Source of the DNA: a virus
Direction: 5' to 3' (one strand)
IMG/VR virus record: IMGVR_UViG_3300037422_000051
Length of the DNA: 64,000 nt
Positions 1 through 6,982 of the stretch are shown here, in pieces (within the stretch, counting starts at the first letter, position 1; the number at the start of each line of letters is the position of its first letter). A model generated the notes under the pieces. It did not search any database. It saw nothing but the letters and a program-made list of their open reading frames with translations, and had not been told where the DNA came from. Made by a program: the position numbers and the translations under genes.

Positions 1-1408
1 CTGGTTCAAGCAGAGTTTCGCTTACATCAAGCGCACTCAGCATTGTGTTATAATTCAATGCGGGAGATTGATTCTCTTCGCTGAAAGAAGATTCCGGGAT
101 CGCAAGCAAGAGCTGCAAAAGCGGATCGTGAAGAACCTCTGCTTCAACAAGAGTTTCAACCGCATGATGAAGAGAGAGAGAGGGCTCCAGGCTGGCTTGC
201 GTTGCCTCGAGTAGCGGTATTTGCTGCCCGGTGTCGATGCTGGGTTCATGTAGCGTCTCGGCATAGTCCAGAGCCGCAACGGCATGCTGGAATTGCGACG
301 CTGGAGTTTCGACTGTCTCAGTTAACGACAGCGCGTCGATGTTGCTGTAGTAGATCGCGGTCGGCGCATTGAGCGTTTCGCTTTCGGAGAGAGCCCCAAC
401 AGCATGGTCATACCGAAGGCTGAGAACGGCGAGAGTCTCTGTGTCTGCGCGCGCTCCGACCGGATGATTGAGGGCTAGAGTCGGAGTCTGTAAAGCCTCG
501 GTCGCGGAGAGGAGCGGGATCGCCTGCACCTCTGGAACTGTGGGCGCGAATAAAGTTTCCGAAGTCGAGAGCGCGCCGATCAGATACCAGTATTGACCCA
601 ACGGAGCCTGGAGGGTCTCTGTATCGCTACGCAGTCCGATCGCGTGATCGTACCGAGCCGTTATGGCCTGTAGGGTCTCGGTCTCTGACGCAACGCCGAT
701 CTGGTGGTTGTACTTGAGCGTCGGAGCTTGGAGGGTTTCTGCGTCGGAGCGAAGTGGTATCGCCTGCGGACTTCTAACGTCGAGTTCAATCGCATGGGAG
801 GCGTAGACTGTGCCCTGCGTCGCCCCGAAGGTGCAGGTTGCCGTGGTGTTCCCGGTCGCGAGGTAACAGACCTCGCACGCGGTGGTCGGCGTAGACTGGC
901 TCGCGTCCTGGGCTTCGGTCCAACCCGAGACCGGGGTCGTGGTCGTGTCGCCGCTCATCACGGCGGCGATCGACATGTTCGTGGTGAGCGGGGTCTGGTT
1001 GAGAACGGGGGCTGGCGTCGAGCCCGAGGCTTGGTTGGCCTGGCTACCACTGCTGCGAATGGCCGCAGAGCCAACCTGCGTCATGCCAGTGATGGCGAGA
1101 ACGATCAGCTCGCCTGCGGTGTTGGAGCCAGATGTGCAGGTTATAACTGTTGATGTCGAGTTGACCATCAACGCGTCGCGGACGAAAACGGCCGAGTTGT
1201 CAGCCGAGGCGTTCCATAGGGCTTGACCGATACGGGTATAGGTGCCCGACCCGTTGTTGTCGGTCATGGTGGGCGTGCTGCTCGTATTGCCAGAAAGGGA
1301 AACGAAGACGACTAGAAGGTCGCCCGAGGCGGGTGTAATGGTGACAGTCCGGTTACCTGTACCGGACGTACCACCACCCGCGACGCTGGTTCTAACAGCG
1401 GCGGACAA
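1..1408 (-). CDS. Putative virion appendage protein with 20-aa repeats (truncated by window edge; full copy at 41225-43021)
   Basis: Same sequence as 41614-43021; TTG start at 1408 with GGAG RBS. Confidence 0.75.
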   Translation of the reverse strand, partial: MSAAVRTSVAGGGTSGTGNRTVTITPASGDLLVVFVSLSGNTSSTPTMTDNNGSGTYTRIGQALWNASADNSAVFVRDALMVNSTSTVITCTSGSNTAGELIVLAITGMTQVGSAAIRSSGSQANQASGSTPAPVLNQTPLTTNMSIAAVMSGDTTTTPVSGWTEAQDASQSTPTTACEVCYLATGNTTATCTFGATQGTVYASHAIELDVRSPQAIPLRSDAETLQAPTLKYNHQIGVASETETLQAITARYDHAIGLRSDTETLQAPLGQYWYLIGALSTSETLFAPTVPEVQAIPLLSATEALQTPTLALNHPVGARADTETLAVLSLRYDHAVGALSESETLNAPTAIYYSNIDALSLTETVETPASQFQHAVAALDYAETLHEPSIDTGQQIPLLEATQASLEPSLSLHHAVETLVEAEVLHDPLLQLLLAIPESSFSEENQSPALNYNTMLSALDVSETLLEP

Positions 1409-1430
1409 GGCTATCTCCTAGCGCTGGAGG

Positions 1431-1874
1431 CTAGGTCCAGGTAATGATGCCGCTTGCGTTCCACACGAGCACGAGATCCGCAACGGTGTTGCCGACAGAG
1501 GCACCGAAGTCGATCCACGAAACCAGCGGATCGGTTGAGTCCGCCCCGGCTCCGTCCTTGTAGAGAACGCCGATCCGCCCGTTGGAGAAGCCAGAGGCGT
1601 TCTGCGACCAGGTGACGTCAGCCCCATCGAACGTGGTGGTGGCACCGCCCGTAATGGTCGGCGATCCGATGGTGGCCCCCTTCGTGGTGTAGTTGGTCCC
1701 CGTGACCTCATTGGTCGTGTTGTCCCAGAAGTCGTCGGTAGCCTGCGTCGGAACATAGGCCACCGTGTGCATCGACACCTTCATCGTGTCGGTGTTGAAG
1801 TCGATGACCGCGTTTGCGATGCCGGACATCTGGCCTTCGAGGAACTTGTAGTATTTGCTGACTGTGATCGCCAT
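1431..1874 (-). CDS. Conserved phage structural-type protein (147 aa, 'IDFNTDTMKVSMH...NEVTGTNYTTKG' type)
   Basis: Beta-rich Thr/Gly protein of a type I recall from phage minor tail/fibre modules; good RBS and codon usage. Confidence 0.7.
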   Translation of the reverse strand: MAITVSKYYKFLEGQMSGIANAVIDFNTDTMKVSMHTVAYVPTQATDDFWDNTTNEVTGTNYTTKGATIGSPTITGGATTTFDGADVTWSQNASGFSNGRIGVLYKDGAGADSTDPLVSWIDFGASVGNTVADLVLVWNASGIITWT

Positions 1875-1883
1875 GCGGAGCTC

Positions 1884-2144
1884 CTATAGGTAGATCGTTG
1901 GAATCAGGTACACGTTCTTGGGCGCGGGGAGAGGCAGATCCTCATAGACAAAGATTAACTCCTGCTCAAACACATTCTCTCCGCACTCTGGACATTCCGC
2001 CTGTCGTCCCTTGCGCGGCCTCGTTCCATCCGGCAGCACGGCAATCTCGGTGCGGAACCGCTGGCCTTTTCGAGGCACATCCTTCAGAAAGAACGCGACT
2101 TCCTGGCACCTGCCAGTGTTATGAACGGCGGCGTATCGACTCAC
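1884..2144 (-). CDS. Hypothetical protein with CPECG zinc-ribbon half-site
   Basis: 86-aa ORF packed between o-spanin and next gene. Confidence 0.6.
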   Translation of the reverse strand: MSRYAAVHNTGRCQEVAFFLKDVPRKGQRFRTEIAVLPDGTRPRKGRQAECPECGENVFEQELIFVYEDLPLPAPKNVYLIPTIYL

Positions 2145-2147
2145 CGC

Positions 2148-2417
2148 TCAATCCATGCCATGCGCCTTCTCCCACGCCGCGACGAAAGCGCGAATCGCCT
2201 CGCACTCGGCTTCAAGGTAGTCCACGCGATCGGCGAGGTTCACGTACCGCGTGGGCTGGAGTGCTGCGTTCGGAGCGAAGACCTCGAGCTTCTCGCGCGC
2301 GACGAGCTCGTAGCTCGGCCACTGGTCTTTTCCGCGACAGCTACTCGGCGCTGCCGCGGCCGGCGTCTGACAGGCGCTTTGCATCATCAGCCAGGTCGTA
2401 GCCGCGGCTGCTGTCAA
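2148..2417 (-). CDS. o-spanin (Rz1-like lipoprotein)
   Basis: TTG start at 2417 behind AGGAGG; MTAAAATTWLMMQSA-C lipobox-like; overlaps the 3' end of the i-spanin in another frame. Confidence 0.65.
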   Translation of the reverse strand: MTAAAATTWLMMQSACQTPAAAAPSSCRGKDQWPSYELVAREKLEVFAPNAALQPTRYVNLADRVDYLEAECEAIRAFVAAWEKAHGMD

Positions 2418-2577
2418 AAGCGGCCTCCTGAGCGCTCCTGGCCTGGATGCCTTTCCGAAGCTCACGGTTCTCCTCCTCGATCTCTCCCACGCGCTTGCGG
2501 CTGCGCGAGAAAGCCCACCAGCCCGATGCCGCCAGCAGCGTGAGCGCAGCAATGAGCGCGAGGGCCTCGCCGCCCAT
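2341..2577 (-). CDS. i-spanin (Rz-like)
   Basis: N-terminal TM helix followed by coiled coil; directly after holin. Confidence 0.65.
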   Translation of the reverse strand: MGGEALALIAALTLLAASGWWAFSRSRKRVGEIEEENRELRKGIQARSAQEAAFDSSRGYDLADDAKRLSDAGRGSAE

Positions 2578-2578
2578 C

Positions 2579-2758
2579 TTAGGCGCCGATCCCGGTCTTC
2601 GTCACCAGCCGCAGGATGACGTTGACCACGGCCAGCAGCCCCACCTGGGCCTCGGCATCGATGATCTCGCGCCCGGTGGCAGCCTGCGCGGCGATCGCCA
2701 GGGCGGCAATCACGTTGACCCACAGCGTCTTGCTCGTGTACCAGGATTTCGTTTCCAC
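2579..2758 (-). CDS. Holin (59 aa, two TM helices)
   Basis: GTG start behind GGAGG; 'KSWYTSKTLWVNVIAALA...AQVGLLAVVNVILRLVTK' is a typical small phage holin pattern; follows endolysin. Confidence 0.75.
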   Translation of the reverse strand: METKSWYTSKTLWVNVIAALAIAAQAATGREIIDAEAQVGLLAVVNVILRLVTKTGIGA

Positions 2759-2769
2759 GGCCTCGCCTC

Positions 2770-3216
2770 CTATTCCGGCCACCGATAGCCGAGCACGCGC
2801 TCGACTGGATAGGCCGCTTCGCACACCGAATCGCGCTGGTTGCCACCCAGCACCCGCACCCTCGAGCCCTCGTTCGCGAAGCCGAGGAAGAAGCCGACGT
2901 GCCCCGGCGCCTCGATCACCTCGGGCCCAGGCTGCGCGCCCGAGCCGCGCTGCAGCACCACCACGCAGCCGTAGGCCGGATGCCGCAGCAGAAGCCCCCA
3001 CCACAGCCACGCCCGCGCGCGCTTGCTGCCGGTCCCCTCGAGCCCCACCTGCTCGATGCACCAGTTGACGAAGCTCGAGCACCACGACACCTCGTCGGGT
3101 GCGGGCTTCCCATCGGTCGAAGCGTGGTATTCGACGACGCGCGGGTTGTCGGCCTCGCCGGAAGCCTCGAGCACGCCGACTTCCTTGAACGCGACTTCGA
3201 GCCAGGGCGGATTCAC
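2770..3216 (-). CDS. Endolysin, TIGR02594-family NlpC/P60-like peptidase
   Basis: 'PPWLEVA..EVG', 'WCSSFVNWC', 'GHVGF', 'VLGGNQ' motifs. Confidence 0.85.
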   Translation of the reverse strand: MNPPWLEVAFKEVGVLEASGEADNPRVVEYHASTDGKPAPDEVSWCSSFVNWCIEQVGLEGTGSKRARAWLWWGLLLRHPAYGCVVVLQRGSGAQPGPEVIEAPGHVGFFLGFANEGSRVRVLGGNQRDSVCEAAYPVERVLGYRWPE

Positions 3217-3557
3217 CGATCACGCCTCCGCTCTTCGAGCTGCGTCACCTTCGCGAGCAGCAGCGTGTTGCTCGTCGAGAGCCCCGCGAGCTGCGTCACG
3301 ATCCCATCAATCTTCACGGTAGCTTTGTCGATCAGGCCAGCGAGGTGCTTGCTCTGATTCATCTCGGCCTCCAGGTCGCGGACGCGCTCCTGAAGGTCAG
3401 CAATCTGCATCGTGCGCTCTTCGAGCGTCCGGTCCATGCGAATGAACTGCGCCCACGCGCCGCCAGCGGTGAGTAGCGCGCTTCCCAGCAAAGTGGATAG
3501 GACGCCGACGCCGACCTTGTACCAGAGGCTTCGCCCATCACTGCTCCCGTTCGCCAT
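3213..3557 (-). CDS. Membrane-anchored coiled-coil protein (lysis-region, holin/antiholin-like)
   Basis: Single N-terminal TM then heptad coiled coil. Confidence 0.6.
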   Translation of the reverse strand: MANGSSDGRSLWYKVGVGVLSTLLGSALLTAGGAWAQFIRMDRTLEERTMQIADLQERVRDLEAEMNQSKHLAGLIDKATVKIDGIVTQLAGLSTSNTLLLAKVTQLEERRRDR

Positions 3558-3915
3558 TCTCGATCACCTCAGGCTCTAGCTCGATCTTCAGCTCATTCGC
3601 AATCTTCTGCTGGCCCCGCTCAAAGCGAAGTGCACCTTTCGAGAGATTGGAAACGCTCTTGTCGAGCCGTTCGACGCTATGGAACAGCTCGCCAATAGAC
3701 GTTGAGTTTCTTTCGACCGTCACCTGCACGTCGTCTATCTTCGCCGCGATCATGCCGAGCTTCCCATCCCAGTAAGCGTTGGCCTCGTCCTCTAGACGCA
3801 TCACCTGTGGCTCATGCTTCACGAACTGGCCGTACAGGAACACACCGAATCCCGCGATCATCGCCAGCGCGAGAATCGAGATCGCAGAGTTCTCGACGGT
3901 CGCACGAAGGTTCAC
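3538..3915 (-). CDS. Membrane-anchored coiled-coil protein (125 aa)
   Basis: GTG start overlapping upstream TGA (GTGA); TM 'AISILALAMIAGFGVFLYG' then coiled coil. Confidence 0.6.
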   Translation of the reverse strand: MNLRATVENSAISILALAMIAGFGVFLYGQFVKHEPQVMRLEDEANAYWDGKLGMIAAKIDDVQVTVERNSTSIGELFHSVERLDKSVSNLSKGALRFERGQQKIANELKIELEPEVIENGEREQ

Positions 3916-6176
3916 CGAAGACTCACCGCCATCGGTCCCGGCGTCGGCTCTGCGATCAGCCGCAGCACCTTCGCGAGGACTCCGGTGGGCGGAGCCTCCT
4001 GGAATAGCTCGCCGACTTGGCAGCCGATTCGCTCGGTCGCGATCACGATGTTGTCGCGATACCACTCCATGTTGGCCTCTGGTGTGCTGTTGAGCAGCGT
4101 CTCGAAGGCAACGCTATTCAGCGCAAACTCCTGGTAGCTGCGCAGCATGTTCTGATTGCTGTTGCTCGCCTGGATCTCACCGTTGATCCAGTATTCCTCG
4201 ATGCCAGTGTCCTGGTTCCCACGAAACCCGGTCTGATTCAGCCTGTAGCGTGCCTCGACGCAGAGCCACTCGCTGTCTCCTCCGGGGGAGGCTGCTCGCG
4301 TGGCGAACATATCAGCCTCGGCGTGAGCACCGCTGGTCGGAGCGCCAACCTGGGTCATCCAGAACGCCGTATTCGTGTCGTTCCCCTTGTCGATCACAGT
4401 ATTCAACCCGTCAGTCGAGATACCATTGGTCGAGTTGAACTTGATCGAGCCGTCCAGAATGGCAGGATTGCCAGGCGTCGGGTCGAGCCAGAAGTGCCCC
4501 TGATAAGCTGTTGGATGCACGTTCTGGTCGCCAACCATTGGAGGCGATAGGGCGCGCACCCGCATAAACTTCATACCCGCCGGGGGATTCGTCCAGCCTC
4601 CCTTCACCTTGATGAACTGGCGAACGTACAGCTCGGTGTACTTCACGTCTGGATCGCCGACGTGGAAGGGGTGCTGATACTGGACGGCATTCCCAGTACC
4701 CGGCGCAGCGTAGGCTCCGCCGTCTGGCATCTCGTTTCCGACCGGGACGTAAGTTCCGGTTGCGTCTGTATACCAGTGCGGAACCTTACCGATGAGTATA
4801 GAGAAGTTACCGGCGCTCTTGCTTCCGCCAGTCGTGAACCTGGCTCTCATCGCAGTCGATCCGTTTATGCCAACCCCAGCAATCGGCAGGTAGTCCGCAG
4901 TGGCTCCGCCCGGGTTGTAGTCGTTCCACTTGTCTTGAACGGGACGGCCATCATCGAAGTTGTCGCACTTGAGATAGGCTGGGTTTGGAGTGTTAGACCC
5001 GGGGCAGCCGGCGTCCTCTCCAACGCCCGGTCCAGGCGTTGGTGTAGGCATTGCGGTTGGGGTGGGTGGTGTTACAGGCGTCGAGGTTGGAACAGATGTA
5101 GGCATGGCGGTGGGTGTCGCTGTGGCTGTTGGAGTAGCGGTTGGAGTTGGAGTTGGCTGTCCTGGGAATTGCTCTTCAGACGCTCTACCTATCCAGTAAT
5201 TCGGGTCGGCTGGATTCTTGATTGTAGATATAACATAGCTGAACCACGTTACTCCTTTTGTTCTATCGCACCCAGCTCCAGAACAGGTGCCGAAAACCGT
5301 AGTTGCAATTTGCGTTCCGTTATCTCTACCAGCGGCTTCTATCGATGTTACTGGATTCTGAAAATAACCAGGGCCAAAATACTGGATTTGACCTGCCTTT
5401 GGCCCGGTTATCATAGTCAGGCGCACCCTTGCATAGACGTAGTTCGGAGATGGCCCGTTCCAAGAAGTGCTATACTCAGCCGTGATCGGATGGTCGTATG
5501 TATTGATCGGATTATGGTCAGCACAGAACTCCCACATGACCCATCCGTTCTTAAAATCTCCAAACTTTAGATCGCTCCCGCCATCTTGATTTCTAACTAG
5601 ACGGTTTCCTGGCATAGATGGTGCAGTGCCAATGCCAACCTGCGGGCTCCAGTACCCAGGAGCAAACTGAATGTAATCTGGGTTGTAATCCCAGAAACTT
5701 TCAAGCCCAAGATGTGGTCCGCCAACTTCTTTCTCTTCGTATCGAGGCCCCTTAACATTAAAATTTGTTCCTGAAGGGAACGACCAGCCAGACCCGTACT
5801 TAACGTAGAATCGTGAACAGTACGTCTTGTTCGTGAAGTCTCGTGTTTCCGAATCGCCATCGCGTAGCTGGAAGGTGCCATTGTTAACTTGCAAGACGTA
5901 TCCGCTACCACCAACCGTAAGCCCCTGTGATGCTCCAGTGACCCACTGTGCATCGATGCTAGAGAGATACGAGATAGATATTCCGCCATTACATCCAGGA
6001 GAAGAGGTCGGATTAAACGTCTGATTTGAGAAACTTCCGTCGTTTGCTGAAAGCGGCTCACTGCATACACATGTTACCCCGCTACCAGGACTATCGCATA
6101 GCAATTCGCTTGCGTTACCAGCTCCGAACGCCGGGGCAGCCAAGAGAAGGATCGCCAGTGTAGCTAATCTACGCAT
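3912..6176 (-). CDS. Secreted two-domain ConA/polysaccharide-lyase-like protein with Pro-Thr linker (754 aa)
   Basis: Signal peptide MRRLATLAILLLAAPAFG; two aromatic beta-sandwich-like domains ('YCSRFYVKY', 'LYVRQFIKV', 'WLCVE', 'DNIVIAT..IG') joined by a PT repeat; 12 Cys. Confidence 0.7.
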   Translation of the reverse strand: MRRLATLAILLLAAPAFGAGNASELLCDSPGSGVTCVCSEPLSANDGSFSNQTFNPTSSPGCNGGISISYLSSIDAQWVTGASQGLTVGGSGYVLQVNNGTFQLRDGDSETRDFTNKTYCSRFYVKYGSGWSFPSGTNFNVKGPRYEEKEVGGPHLGLESFWDYNPDYIQFAPGYWSPQVGIGTAPSMPGNRLVRNQDGGSDLKFGDFKNGWVMWEFCADHNPINTYDHPITAEYSTSWNGPSPNYVYARVRLTMITGPKAGQIQYFGPGYFQNPVTSIEAAGRDNGTQIATTVFGTCSGAGCDRTKGVTWFSYVISTIKNPADPNYWIGRASEEQFPGQPTPTPTATPTATATPTAMPTSVPTSTPVTPPTPTAMPTPTPGPGVGEDAGCPGSNTPNPAYLKCDNFDDGRPVQDKWNDYNPGGATADYLPIAGVGINGSTAMRARFTTGGSKSAGNFSILIGKVPHWYTDATGTYVPVGNEMPDGGAYAAPGTGNAVQYQHPFHVGDPDVKYTELYVRQFIKVKGGWTNPPAGMKFMRVRALSPPMVGDQNVHPTAYQGHFWLDPTPGNPAILDGSIKFNSTNGISTDGLNTVIDKGNDTNTAFWMTQVGAPTSGAHAEADMFATRAASPGGDSEWLCVEARYRLNQTGFRGNQDTGIEEYWINGEIQASNSNQNMLRSYQEFALNSVAFETLLNSTPEANMEWYRDNIVIATERIGCQVGELFQEAPPTGVLAKVLRLIAEPTPGPMAVSLR
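5030..5159 (-). repeat. Pro-Thr low-complexity linker
   Basis: Encodes QPTPTPTATPTATATPTAMPTSVPTSTPVTPPTPTAMPTPTPGP. Confidence 0.9.
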
Positions 6177-6982
6177 GATCCACCAATAAAGTTGTCAAGG
6201 ACTTCAAAATCTGTTGTCGTAGCCGTTGAGCCGAAGCGCACGAGGGTGCCAGTAAATAAACCGTCGTCTGTTATGTCGCTACCGCTTAGCGTTCCCGTTG
6301 CATCCGCGCATGTAATTCCCAAATCACCAGTCGTGCCAGCATCATTGATGCAACAATCTGGAGCTCCCCAGGTATCGGGGTCGCCGGTAAGCGCTGACGC
6401 GCCAGTGCGGGCCCAGAAGTTAATTTCGGTGTCTGTTCCTGTACCGCGCACATAAACACAGATCTGGTCATCTGTGATTTCGCTAATGGTTCTGGATATT
6501 GTGCAAGTTCCAAGGTCGCTCGTGTTGTCTGCGTCGCGCCAAAAGCAGGCATTACTGCCCTCGCTGCAATAACCGAAATACATATCTCCGGTGCCAGTTT
6601 GCGTGTCAATGCGGAGCGGGACACCGAACTGTGAAGATTGAAGCCCGCCACTGTCAACCATTTGGAGGCAACCGAACTGGTTGATGGTCGCGGTTGCAGT
6701 TGCGTGACCAAGCGTATAACGCTTGTTGTCGCAGTTCGGGTCGAGGTCGTGGTCGAGGCGGAGCTGGTTGTTGTTGGATGAATCAATGGTCCACGGGCAA
6801 TTGGTTTGGTCTACGTTAAGCCCGCCGATCCACGTCGAGCCATAAGTATCGGTAGCAAAGTCGTCGGACATTCCCTGGGTGCATGTGTCAGGCGCTCCAG
6901 TATTGGTGACGGCCGTATGGACCAGGCCAAAGCCAGTTAGCAGCGGGAACAGCGCGAGTAGAACTAGAACGAGACGACGCAT
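6164..6982 (-). CDS. Secreted Cys-rich beta-sandwich (lectin-like) protein (272 aa)
   Basis: Signal-peptide-like MRRLVLVLLALFPLLTG; 12 Cys; Asp/Thr/Gly-rich. Confidence 0.7.
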   Translation of the reverse strand: MRRLVLVLLALFPLLTGFGLVHTAVTNTGAPDTCTQGMSDDFATDTYGSTWIGGLNVDQTNCPWTIDSSNNNQLRLDHDLDPNCDNKRYTLGHATATATINQFGCLQMVDSGGLQSSQFGVPLRIDTQTGTGDMYFGYCSEGSNACFWRDADNTSDLGTCTISRTISEITDDQICVYVRGTGTDTEINFWARTGASALTGDPDTWGAPDCCINDAGTTGDLGITCADATGTLSGSDITDDGLFTGTLVRFGSTATTTDFEVLDNFIGGSCVD

